DNA of 64,000 nt. Source: Tubiluchus corallicola (lineage: Eukaryota > Animalia > Priapulida). The translations under genes and the position numbers were made by a program. This document shows, piece by piece, positions 52,813 through 64,000 of this stretch; position 1 is the first letter of the stretch; each line of letters starts with the position of its first letter. The stretch lies in contig JAQGDQ010000484.1 in assembly GCA_030141605.1 (NCBI GenBank), positions 83,452 to 147,451 on the forward strand. The letters run 5' to 3'. Under the pieces are notes generated by a model, which worked only from the letters and a program-made list of their open reading frames with translations, was not told where the DNA came from and did no database searches.

Positions 52813-53210
52813 TTAAAGGAAAGGCCAAGCCTTCTGAGAAGTCGGAATTATTCCAATGTTTGCGAAAAATGTAAGGATTTTGTAAAAAAAAATGTAATAA
52901 GGGCCTCGTGTAACTACTAAAATCACGTTAAAGTTGCGATCAGCATCTTGCGCTCCGATTTTCAATGCTAATTCTTCTTCCAATGACGCCATTCGTCTTG
53001 AAGAAAAGTAGCGCATTGTCAATATTAATCAAAAGTATAATAATTTATTTTGAAATTATTTTTGCGTGGACATTAGGTAAATTGCAAAAATTTAAAGTAG
53101 TTTAAGCAGCTTGCGCTTACGGAAAGCGACGAAAAATGACGAAGTCCGACGTAAGTAATATTACGTCATAATTTTCAAGTGAATGGCGGCAACCACCACG
53201 CCTGAAAATG
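52813..53210 (-). repeat. Dispersed repeat (inverted homolog of 8843-9185)
   Basis: Reverse-complement match to 8843-9185. Confidence 0.72.
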
Positions 53211-53295
53211 TCTGCTCAGAGGCAGTATATTTTAAATTTATGCTTTATAGACAGTTTTTTGCAAATTTCTTTGTCATATTTTTCTGTTATAAGTA

Positions 53296-53464
53296 AGTAA
53301 ATAGATAAACAAATAAGTAAATAAATAAATAAATAAATAAATAAATGAATGAATGAATGAATGAATGAATGAATGAATGAATGAATGAATGAATGAATGA
53401 ATGAATGAATGAATGAATGAATGAATGAATGAATGAGTGAATGAATGAATGAATAAATAAATAA
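53296..53464. repeat. (TAAA)n/(TGAA)n microsatellite
   Basis: Directly visible. Confidence 0.95.
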
Positions 53465-53797
53465 CATTTAACCTGGGTATGTCATAATGGATGTGGTTTA
53501 GTTTTAGGCCTACATTTTAAGACGTCTATTTTCTGATTTTCTAGGTTTTTCCCTGTCAACCAGGCGTGATCTAGTTTTGAAGAGTTAGCTAAGTAGAGAT
53601 GACTTCAGTAAGCTTCAAGACAACAACAGACCTCATTTCAGTCAAAGGTGTCGCCAGTCTAACTTACAAGTGTGCTGTATCTTGCATCTTCTAAGAAACG
53701 AGATTAGTAACCAAGTTGAACCTGAACGTGATGTGAGCATGCAGTAAATTTCTCAGCGAGGTCATGAATGCCAATTATGAAATCACAATAATCTACT

Positions 53798-54337
53798 ATG
53801 ACGTCACAACAACGCAGAGATTCGGCTGGCTCTATGACAAAAACACTGTCTTTGGACGACATTATCGACAACGCAACTCCTAGTCTGGAGAAGAAAGTTA
53901 GACGAGCAAAAACATATTCTATTCTGCCAGGAGAAGAACTTGATGCAGTTAAATTACAGATGGAATACGAAACTCGTATTAAGAAAGATCACAGTAAAAT
54001 AAAATCAAAGATTTTTGCGCTGGAAAACAGCGCGCGCCGAGACGACACGGTGCTGCCACCTATCGTGACTTTACGTGATTATAACAGCGAAGCCAGCGTA
54101 CTGAACAAATCTAGAACAAACGTTGGACCAAAGCTCAAAACTGATAAGTCGTTTGATCGATTACCACCTTTTGTGCCAAATTCCGTGGCGACGAAGCCGA
54201 AAAAATCGTCGTTTACTCAAACGGCAGTTCTTGGACCTTCGCTGCCCCAAATTAAATCTCAAAGTAGTGTGAAAAACACAGACAAGGTTGTTAAGCGGTC
54301 CGACAGTTCTGTCAAGAACTTGGTGAAAATTATTTGA
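53798..54337 (+). CDS. Hypothetical 179-aa protein, basic, Ser/Lys-rich, probably largely disordered
   Basis: Non-repetitive ATG-started ORF, GC higher than flanks, protein-like composition; TTTTCTAG acceptor at ~53544; no recognisable domain. Confidence 0.55.
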   Translation: MTSQQRRDSAGSMTKTLSLDDIIDNATPSLEKKVRRAKTYSILPGEELDAVKLQMEYETRIKKDHSKIKSKIFALENSARRDDTVLPPIVTLRDYNSEASVLNKSRTNVGPKLKTDKSFDRLPPFVPNSVATKPKKSSFTQTAVLGPSLPQIKSQSSVKNTDKVVKRSDSSVKNLVKII

Positions 54338-55648
54338 CTAGTAAAAATTGCGAAATAATTTTGTAGTCTTTCGCGTCAGTATTATGATTCGTTGTTACAA
54401 TTTATCAGCAGCAAGTGTTTCAGCCCCTGTAATTGTTAGGCCTACGTAGTTCCTACCTCAAAATGCACGTGTCAAATCTGGAAACTAGGTTTCACATATG
54501 GCTTCTTTGGGTAGAATATTTATTTGCATTTTTACCATTACCAATCACTTCAACCATTCATTAATCAAGCTTCGTACTGTCATGGTGATGTGGTGTTACT
54601 GCACGAATGCGTCATAAAGGGTGAAATCTTGCACTAGATACGGTTACCAGTTACATTAGAGGCTAAGAATTGGTGATGGGGTCATTCATTGTGCAATCAA
54701 CATGACTGAAGCAGGTTACAAGTGGGCGAGGGACTAAGTACAAGGCTTAGGTAACAAGGTCTTAGAGTTTCGTCTTTTATTTTGTGTCATTGGTACCTTG
54801 TAACGAAAAATATTAGTTTTTTTTCAAAATCAATGTGTACGTTCTCAATATTTTTAATTTATAAATTCTTATCAATGGTTTGTATGTATTTAGCTCCTTC
54901 AGGGCAGCACCATACCAGTACCAGGACTTACGACTTTTCTGCTACTGTATGAGCACAGACATAACTAAATGATTACAAATTAGGTACTGTTTGGTTTTTG
55001 ATAATCTCATCTTTGCAATCACGTTATTTTTTTAAACATTTATATGTGATTTAACTGGACGAAATTAAGAAAAACACGCCCTTTTCGGGCACTCCAAGTT
55101 AGCGTGTTAAGTAGCTTAGTCTAGTGTGCACTTACGTGATTGTACACACTATTTTATTCATCACCTTTTTGCTACAGCCCAATAAAACTGTCTACTGTAC
55201 AGATTTCTAGGAAAAGCCAACCGATCAACCATCTTTTAATTGGGTTTCTCTTTGAAAATAGATTAGACTTGAAGCTTTGAGAGAATAGACAAAGCAGACC
55301 GCACTTTGTAAATAAATGTTAGGCATAGTAACAATGCTTAAAACAATAGCATTGGTAACAAAACTTGACCTTTTTTATGTTTAACCGCTAATTATATTTA
55401 GGTTAGGCGTTGCCTGCATAAAGATTTTTATATTATCATATTATGTGTAAATTAGTTTATACACAATGTTGCAAGTACATCGATTGTTTTATACATGTGT
55501 AGAATTATGTTAGTAGCAATAGACAAATAATCGTTTCGTTGGTAACATAACTGATCGCATTCTTGTTTATATTAGCAGCGTCTGTGATGCATAATTTTTT
55601 TTAAACGGGAGACTGGAGAGCCATCAGACGCCACTTGCCTGTGGGATA

Positions 55649-57567
55649 ATGATGCTGCAAATGCTGTATACTGCAAAATTTGGCGTTTTACTTATTACGC
55701 TAAGAATACCTTGTTTGGGCAGAGAAACCGATCCTTTTCAATCTTGTACATTAAAAAAGAGATCTGGAACAACTGAGATACATTGCGGTGGGTTTCACGA
55801 TAATTTTCTGGAAAAAACCAACAAGGCTACTATGGAAGAACTGAGAACAGCGTTAATATCTGATTATAAGTTAAAATCGATAAGGCTTATTTCTGTTTCG
55901 CATTACGTTGACAATGATCTGCCTACGAACTTTCTACAAGGTGCACGAGTTTATCGTATTCATGTATCGTATGCTAACAGTCTACTCAAAATTGAGGAAA
56001 ACTTTATCAGTGCTACGGGTGTTGAAGAGTTTTCGTTATTAAACGCTAACGAACTGACGTTCATTCACCGCCAGGCATTTAGTAACTTGAATGATTTGAG
56101 AACGATTTGTATAACTGTCCAAAGTTTCGTTGGTTCCAAATAGTCTCAACAGGTATCACTACAATTGATGTGCCAGAATTTCAAGATGAAACCGTTATAT
56201 TCGAAACTTTAAATATTAGAATCTTCAAAAATCCTCTAATCTGCGACTGTAGAACAGTGTGGATGAAAAAAGTCCAAGTACGAAATCGTCAGAGTCTCCT
56301 ACAATGTAGACACTTACCTAATGCTAAAGAACAAAATACCATAGCAACAACAGAGCATACTTTGGAGGATTTTTGTCCAACCAAGACAACAACCGAGACA
56401 ACTTTGACAACCGAGACTACAGTATTGGATATTTACGAAATTTTAGGTTGTACCGTAATGTTGGATATCATAACATGTGATGGTAACCAAATGGTTCTGG
56501 GTCACTACCAAATGACTGAAATTTCAAAATCATTGCCTACCGTTGCCAATATCACGCTGAAGATCCTTTTCTACGGAGATACACAATTGCCACAGAAGTT
56601 TCTGAATGGAAAACAAGTCGAAACATTGTTGGTAATGAATAGTAATATAAATTTTCTTGGGCAAAATGACATACATGGTTCGATTGTAAACTTTAGAATG
56701 GAAACCATGAAACAGTTACAATACATCCATCGCAGTGCATTTCGCAGGATTCAGAGTTTGCAGACAATTGCTTTTATTGACTGTGTTGCATTGAGTGTAG
56801 CCAATTTGGATCTCTCAAATAACCGTTCAATTCGTTCTATCAGTTTTACTGGGACAAAAATAAGCACCATGACGATGCCTGTAATGTATACGCTCAAATC
56901 AAAGTTGCGTTCCCATATCTATGTAGTTTATTCTGCAAAAATACAAATTTCCTATAGTCTACAATTACTACATCTACAAATCTACTGAAACGAGTGCAAG
57001 AAAATAAGTGCTACAGATTACTACATTACACTAAAAGCTAAAATGCATACATACATTGTTGGTCCAATATTGAGTCGAGAAAAAACCAGAATGTCAGTAA
57101 AAGGTAGCAGTATAATTATAAGTCAAATTTCAAATGCAACAAAGACGTGTGTACATGACAAGTTCCTCCTATACAATGTCAGAGTAGAAAAAGTAGTCTA
57201 GAGGTTGAGCTACAGTCTAATGTATTATGGCTTCTAATGCATATTCTACCTTGAGAAGAGGTAATGGACCAAAACATTTGCACCTGCAACAATGCCTGAG
57301 ATGCACCCACGTGTTAATCCTGGTACAGTGGTTTTTGAGTTATTAGAAAGTCAACTAACTTGTGACTGCAAAGTTGTTTGGACAAAGGAAGTGAATTGGA
57401 GCAAATCATTGGTTGACTGCATGGATCCTCAAATATCTAATGAACAGCTAAAGCTTTCAGATTTCAACTGTGACAGAACGCGTGCCCGACATGTCTCTGT
57501 CAAAAGTACTAGTACAACAACGATCAGTAACATGGGAAGTTTTCTCGTTCTCCTGCACTTCATATAA
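55649..57567 (+). pseudogene. Disrupted paralogue of the double-module LRR protein at 59026-60636
   Basis: Collinear with the intact copy; ~43-bp frameshifting deletion near 56107 and a ~0.4-kb insertion at 56882-57288. Confidence 0.85.
56882..57288. mobile_element. Insertion of unknown type in the LRR paralogue
   Basis: Absent from the intact paralogue; flanked by a 10-bp direct repeat ACGATGCCTG / ACAATGCCTG; no TIRs seen. Confidence 0.65.
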
Positions 57568-58124
57568 AAACATGTCCCTGAAGCATAATTATCACGAAAA
57601 TTCGATGAAATAGCAGAAATTCGAGATTATAGAAATTACATTTTAAAATCTAATTTTATGCATTTACTGGTATTTCTGGTTACAACTGACAACAACCACT
57701 GAAAAACGAAAGTAAACAAGCAATTATTGCCAGGTTAAAAAACCCTTTAATCTAAAACAATCAGTAGAGGGAAACAAACATCAAATGTATTATAGCTTAG
57801 CCTACTAGCCTAATTGCAGGGGTGTGTGAAACTGACGTGTGAGTTTGTGACATGTAGCTCCTTCTGGTAATAATTATTCGACAGGTCACTGAGTTAGGGG
57901 TTGTGTAAATGCGTTTGATCTTGAATTATTTTATAAGTAATTCCTGGCAATGCTCGTACAGGTAGTAAACCGGAAGTAAGCCACGGATGCGAAAAATCTT
58001 TAATGATAAAAGCATAGTATGATAAATAGGGAAACACAATAATAAACTGTATAATGGAATTCATGACAAGTTATAAAAATGCAAGTGACGTCTTGTTTCA
58101 GTGGCAGTTAGGTATCATATAAGT

Positions 58125-58740
58125 CAGTTGGTGAGTGTGGTGTTAGTGGTGCATTGTTGGTGTTGTGTTGTGGATGGTGTGGTGGGGTGGTAGGGTGTCG
58201 GTTTTATTGGTGGAGTGGTGTGGTGTAGTGTGGTATGGGTGATGTGGTATTGATTTTGTGTTGTGGGTGATGTAGTAAATAATGTGGTGAGGTAGTAAAA
58301 GGTGTGTGGTGGTGTTGGTGTTGTGTGGTGGGCGTGGTATGGTGTGTTTTGGGTGGTATGGGTGGTGTGGTGTTGTGTTGCAGTATGCTGAGGAAGGTGG
58401 GTGCGGTGTGGGTGGTGTGCTGTGAGTGGAGCAGTGGTTTGGTGTGGTGTGGTTTGGTGTGGTGTGGGTGGTGTGGTGTGGGATGGTGGTGTGGTGTGTT
58501 GTGAGTGGGGTTGTGGTGTGGTGTGGAGTGGAGTGGGTTGTTCTTGAAAGTTTACATGCAAAATTCTTTTGCGGGGTTTGGCTATCTACTAATTTCGGTT
58601 GTATATGTATAGTTTTTCGGCGATCTACATGTCAAGGTCTGGACCGACTGATTTACCATTAGGGGTTTATTTTTCGAATTGGGCTCACTGGGACGATCGG
58701 GCAGTGAAAACCTCCAAAAAACGACTCAAAATTTCCACTT
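58125..58740 (+). mobile_element. Helitron fragments related to 29412-31398 (3' module then 5' module)
   Basis: GTG-rich satellite, then GCAAAA-TTC-TTTTGC hairpin + GGGGTTTGGCTA, joined to TCTACTAAT...GGTTTATTTTTCGAATTGGGCTCACTGGGA (matches reverse complement of 31221-31252). Confidence 0.72.
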
Positions 58741-59025
58741 GGTATATAAAAAGACCAACTAGTGACTCGAAATTTTGTTTTAGCTGCTGGAATTTTCCAC
58801 TTAGTTTTGCGAAATTTCGATTAAGTGACTGGAAATTTACAAGTTATCATGTGACGACTCGGCAACAAATGAATAATTGTTTCCTTGGTAACGTAACAGA
58901 AATATTGCTGTCGCATTCTTATTTATACTCTCAGTTTCTGTGATGCATTCACACCTTGAGCAAATTTTGTTCAAACATGAAAGTCGAGAGCTATCCGATG
59001 TGACTTTGCAACCTGTAATGGGAAG

Positions 59026-60636
59026 ATGATGTTGCACATTTTTCATGCAGCAAAGTTTGGCGTTGTATTCATGATGTTAACAACGCCTAGTTTGGGCGTA
59101 GAAAGGGAAGGCGACCCTTTCTCACAATTCTGTTCGATAAAGAGATCAAAGTTTGTTTTTGAAATATTTTGCGGTAAACATTACAGGGGTGTTCTAGAAA
59201 AACCTAATAAGGCTACATTGGAAGAACTGAAAATAGCTATAATATCTGAAGCTGATACATCTGAAGCAAAAAAAGCAAAGCATATTTCTGTGTCAAATTA
59301 CGTGGACAATGCCCTGCCTTCAGACTTTCTACGAGGCATAGAAGTTTCATATATTTCGATATGGTACGCCCACAGTCTGAACAAAATTGAAAAGAACTTT
59401 ATTAGTGCTACGGGGGTTGAATTTTTTAAAATATATAATGCTAAAAAATTGGTATTCATTCACCCCCAGGCTTTCAGCAACTTGAACAGTTTGAAAGAAA
59501 TCGAAATCTGGCATTCTGAAAAGTTGAAGGAGTTGGATCTGGACTTGTATGACTGTCCAAAGTTTCGTGAATTGTTAATACTCAACACAGGTATCACTAC
59601 AATGGATATACCAAAATTTCAGAAATTTCAGAATGAAAATGCTCTGTTTTCAAACTTAACAATTATAATCACATCCTGTCCTTTAATCTGTGACTGTAGA
59701 ACAGCTTGGATGAAAAAAATCCAATTACGGAATCGTCGGAGTAAAATAGAATGTGAACAGCTACCCAACGCTAAAGAAAGAAATACTGAAGACAAAACAA
59801 AGCATACTTTAGAGGATTTTTGTCCTCCTGGTGTCTCAACTACAACGTCTTCGACTACGCTAAAGCCTAAAGAAACTTCGACAACCAAGAAAACAACCGA
59901 AACAACAACTGAGACACCTTCAACAAGCAGTTGTACTGTAAAGCTGGATACCATAACATGTGATGGTAACCAAATGGATCTGGATTACTCCCAACTGAAT
60001 GAAATTTCAAAATCATTACCTCTCGGTGCCAGTATCACACTGAAGATCCTTTTCTACGGAGCTAAAGAATTGCCAAAGGAGTTTCTGAAGGGAAAACAAG
60101 TCGAAACATTGTTGGTAATGAATAGTAATATAGCTTTTCTCAGGCAAAATAACATACATGGTTCGATTGCACACTTTAGAATGGAAATCATGAAACAGTT
60201 ACAATACATCCATGGCAAAACGTTTCACAAGATTCAGAGTTTGCAGTCAATTGCTTTTATCGACTGTGTTGCATTGAGTGTAGCCAATTTGGATCTCTCG
60301 AATAACGTTTTAATTCGTTCCATCAGTTTTACTGGGACAAAAATAAGCACCATGAAAATACCTAAGCTGAACCTAAGAGTCAATCCTAGCGAGGTGGAGT
60401 TTAAGTTATTAGAAAGTCAACTAACTTGTGACTGCAGGACAGTTTGGACGAAGAAAACGAAGTGGAGAAAATCATCTGTAGACTGCTGGAAACCCCGAAT
60501 ATCTAATGATCAGCTCAAGGTTTCGGACTTTAAATGTGGACGAAGCCGTTTACTATCTGTCTCTTCCCATAGTTCAAGTACAACAACAATCAGTAATGCG
60601 GGACGTTTATTTATCGTACTTCTGTGGCTCTTATAA
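59026..60636 (+). CDS. Secreted or GPI-anchored LRR protein with two LRR modules and a Thr-rich linker, single exon, 536 aa
   Basis: Signal peptide; L..IHP.AF.NL.SL LRR motifs; two LRRCT caps (PLICDCRTAW, QLTCDCRTVW); TTT-rich stalk; Ser/Thr spacer + short hydrophobic C-terminus. Confidence 0.88.
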   Translation: MMLHIFHAAKFGVVFMMLTTPSLGVEREGDPFSQFCSIKRSKFVFEIFCGKHYRGVLEKPNKATLEELKIAIISEADTSEAKKAKHISVSNYVDNALPSDFLRGIEVSYISIWYAHSLNKIEKNFISATGVEFFKIYNAKKLVFIHPQAFSNLNSLKEIEIWHSEKLKELDLDLYDCPKFRELLILNTGITTMDIPKFQKFQNENALFSNLTIIITSCPLICDCRTAWMKKIQLRNRRSKIECEQLPNAKERNTEDKTKHTLEDFCPPGVSTTTSSTTLKPKETSTTKKTTETTTETPSTSSCTVKLDTITCDGNQMDLDYSQLNEISKSLPLGASITLKILFYGAKELPKEFLKGKQVETLLVMNSNIAFLRQNNIHGSIAHFRMEIMKQLQYIHGKTFHKIQSLQSIAFIDCVALSVANLDLSNNVLIRSISFTGTKISTMKIPKLNLRVNPSEVEFKLLESQLTCDCRTVWTKKTKWRKSSVDCWKPRISNDQLKVSDFKCGRSRLLSVSSHSSSTTTISNAGRLFIVLLWLL

Positions 60637-60832
60637 AAACGTGTTTCTTGGTAAATTATTATTTCAAAACATTGTGATTGTAATGAATATTTGTAGCAGC
60701 AATTTGAGATTGTAGAAATTCTATTTTAAAATCCAGTTTTATAATTATGTTTACTGTCAACAACTGCCAATAAGCCTATTAGCAAAACAAAAAGGTGTGA
60801 GTCTGTAAAATTAATTTCGGTGGTATACATAT

Positions 60833-61142
60833 TGTTGCGGAGCCCTCCCCTGGGAGCTGCCAAGGGGTCGAGGGACGCGAAGACGGCTGAGCAGTCAGCT
60901 TCCGTTGGCGCGCTTTGCATTCCACTAGGAAGAAGTGCAAAATAAGAAAGACAAAAGATAAATAATCAGGTTCAAACTACGCCGTACCTACCCCAAAGGA
61001 CAATCCTGTTAAGCACTGAAAAGAGCAGCACGCATGGTGGACGTGACAGCACGACAGAGACGTAGGAAACTACGTGCTCATTGCTCTTATAGCAAGTGAC
61101 TTTGCGCTTGACTAAGCGTGCCCGCAACACTACCCCCTTCTT
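60833..61142 (-). mobile_element. LTR (297 bp) with polypurine tract; 3' LTR of a minus-strand LTR retrotransposon
   Basis: TGTTGCGG ... CCGCAACA termini (60833-61129); minus-strand PPT AAGAAGGGGGTAG immediately before TG; TATAAGA inside. Confidence 0.75.
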
Positions 61143-62198
61143 AGCCTCCATTTGTCCTCAAATGGACTATCCTCTCGCTCAAACGGGCTAGCAGAATCAC
61201 GAATTAGTCCCCCATGCATCTAACTCCTTTCATTGCCTAAGGAAATACAAAAATTGGTACTGGCATTTCTTTATTTCACACCTAATCACGTACGTTACAT
61301 AAATTCTGAATGTTCGAAAGTAATCTTCATTACACAAGTCATCTGAAATATTAGATACAACCAAACTGATAATTACAATTCGTTTATAAAGCATAACGTA
61401 CATAAGAATAAGTCACATTTGTTCGTAAATCAGATAACAACCGAATTAATAGCTGATACAAGTGTGAGAAAAAGGTTACCAACTAATGTTTACTACTCCT
61501 TTAATGTAGCAAATAGAAAGTTAAATTGTCGCAAATGAGTTTGCAGTAAGTCAAACAAAAACTAGCAAATTATACAAAAAAATGAATAAATGAAATTATC
61601 CATTGGTCCTTCCAACAATCTAGTAATCAGGCGAAAGCAGACCAATCTGGCTAAGATACCCAATAACGACAACGACAGGGCAAAGTAGGTACGGCTATGG
61701 CTACAAGAAATCGACAACGGGCAAAATTAAAACGAGGTATTACTCAACGTTTCCACTGCACTTCAAGGTCAAGATCCTGAAACAAACTGCAGTTAAACTC
61801 TTGCAGAAGCAAAATTAAACAAATAAACGTTAAACACAACGCTAAAAAAATTATAAAGTTTCTCCATAAGAACATGTACTTAAGAACGTCGATTCTACAG
61901 AAATGACGATTTCACTCAATGCAGTCAGATTTGCGCTGTATTCAGCACTGAAACAAGAATGTTTGAGAAACATCAATTGGCAAGATTACGTTTAAAAGCA
62001 AGCGTACTCTTTTCAACATAAACAGGATTTCTTTTCCTTTTTTAACTAACCATTAAAATAACAGTAATTTCATTCATACAAATTTCTTGTTAAATGGTAA
62101 CAGAACAATTCACTAGGGAACAAAATAGCATAGCATTAACAATAATTACAAAAAAACGAATAACAGCCCAGTCTCACGATCAACCACTGAAAGTCGTC

Positions 62199-64000
62199 AG
62201 TAGGTTAGATGTTACACCTCTGGCCGATTTCCCGGGGGGGGTGGGGATTTCCCCGGGGGGGTGGGGAAAAACACCCCTAAAAAAGTGCGAAAATCCGGAA
62301 ACACCCCTAAAAAAGTGAAGTGGCTCTATTGTCGTGCTAGTTAAGTGACCAATTTAAGGATTAGGAGTGACGGTTGGTCGACGGGCCACGCCCCCCTCGG
62401 CTGCCGGGGGTGTGAACAAAAATCACCCCCTAAAAAAAGTGAAGCGGGTCTATTGTTGCGCTAGTTAAGTGCTCGATTTAAGGATTAGGAGTGACGGTTG
62501 GAACTCCCGCACGCTTTGGGGGGGGTGCGCCCGGCGAGAACACCCCCCCCCTCCGCGCTAAATGCAGTCGTCCGTTCGACGCGCGCTCGCTGCGCACTTT
62601 GCTTGCTCCACCCTAATTGCGGCTAATCCGGTAATCGACTCTCGCCTCGCCGCCTAGCTAGCTAGCTAGATAATGGGCTAAAAGATTTCTCTACAGGATG
62701 TTCTTTTATGCGAGTCTAAATTGCCACGCAATTTTTTAAAATTTTACCCCGCCCTCATCCGGGTTAGAATGTTCTTTTATGCGCGTCTAAGTTGCATTAC
62801 AATTTTTAAAAATTTTATCCTACCTTTATCCGAGATGGATGGATGGATGGATGGATGGATGCCGTCGCCGAAAAAGCCTCCTTCGCTCCATCCAATGCGG
62901 TCGCATCGTGCAACATACAGTCTACTCACACGCGCACACACCGCCGAGCACGATTGTTAGCACGGGCCGACCATTAGCACGAACGTTACCGCGTGTAACA
63001 TACAGTCTACTCACGCGTCGCCGAGCATGATTAATTTCTGGGTTTCTTTATTTTTTTGTCAACTGTATTCAACGATGATGATGATGACGACGACGATGAT
63101 GATGATGATGACGCGGTATTACCTAAAGCAGAGTCTGATCTTTGGTCGTCATCCACTTTTTTTATCCGACAGAACAATAATAACTAATGTTAGTTAAAAT
63201 TATCTTTTCATTTTGTAAAAATCTTTCTATCTGTACTAACTCGCATGTTTAAACCCGCAACGAATGCACTCATCCGATCAGACGCCAAGGCAGGCACGCC
63301 TCTATTTTGTAAAAATCTTTCTATCTGTACTAACTCGCATGTTTAAACCCGCAACGAATGCACTCATCTGATCAGACGCCAAGGCAGGCACGCGTCTATT
63401 GCTTAATCCGGTAATTGACTCGACTACCTGCCTAATGAGGACTTAATCCGTTAATTGACTTGCTAGACATGACACCCGCGGCTATTTAAGTGCGTGTACC
63501 TGTTTTTTTAAAAAGCCCGTTGGAATGTACAGCAAGCAGACAGTAGGACAGCTGCCGTCTAGATAAAATTGAATGCCTACAGCCTTCTAGTCTGCACGCT
63601 TTCAACGAGTCAGTATTTTTTTAGGTGAGGATATATATATATAATCCCAAAAACTCACAAGTTGCATTAGCCACATTTTTATTGAAAGATTTCTTTTTTG
63701 ACAATAGGGTATTTAAAATTTTACTTTTATCTAGACTAGATGTACAAAGAGAAAAAAAACTGAGGCGCTTTACTATTAGACTAAAATTGCCAGAGACTGA
63801 AGTGTATTTACTTTTTAAAATATTCATTTATCTTTATCCCGATGGGGTGTACCCTTACTATTTAAAAAATATTCATTTATCTTTATCCTGGTCGCATGCT
63901 TTCTTCCGGTTGACAAAAAACGATGTTGGGTGGGGGACCCATGCTCGTTGATGACGCCACTGTTGTTGTTGATGTTGTTGCTGTCGATGTTGTTGATGTT
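62199..64000. mobile_element. Possible terminus of a large DNA element (Maverick/Polinton-like), running off the window
   Basis: Abrupt switch to GC-rich DNA at AGTAGGTTAGA; G/C runs and nested short direct repeats; no hallmark gene inside the window. Confidence 0.33.

Overview
AT-rich, repeat-dense metazoan (invertebrate-type) nuclear DNA, not prokaryotic: GT-AG introns, microsatellites, MITEs, LINE fragments, Helitrons and an LTR. The taxon cannot be fixed from sequence. Apparently intact genes: a GT31 beta-1,3-galactosyltransferase, a two-exon 95-aa secreted LDLa-like protein missed by the ORF track, a 25-finger C2H2 protein with an 870-bp in-frame internal duplication, a GH18 chitinase, a 179-aa orphan ORF and a double-module LRR protein with a broken paralogue 3.4 kb upstream. 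The main hidden feature is at 34.5-37.3 kb: an ankyrin-repeat + cGAS-like receptor (Mab21/cGLR) gene. Its catalytic core (GS...K.G.PDEFD and SVDVTP) has been flipped by a ~0.9-kb inversion and its C-terminus split by a hAT MITE, so it appears as several unrelated ORFs on both strands. It can be reassembled by hand. Also notable: Helitron modules in permuted, head-to-tail order, a minisatellite built from the LINE RT GVPQG motif, a piggyBac-type MITE inside a LINE RT just before FADD, and a possible Maverick/Polinton terminus at the right edge. All calls come from manual reading; no database searches were run.
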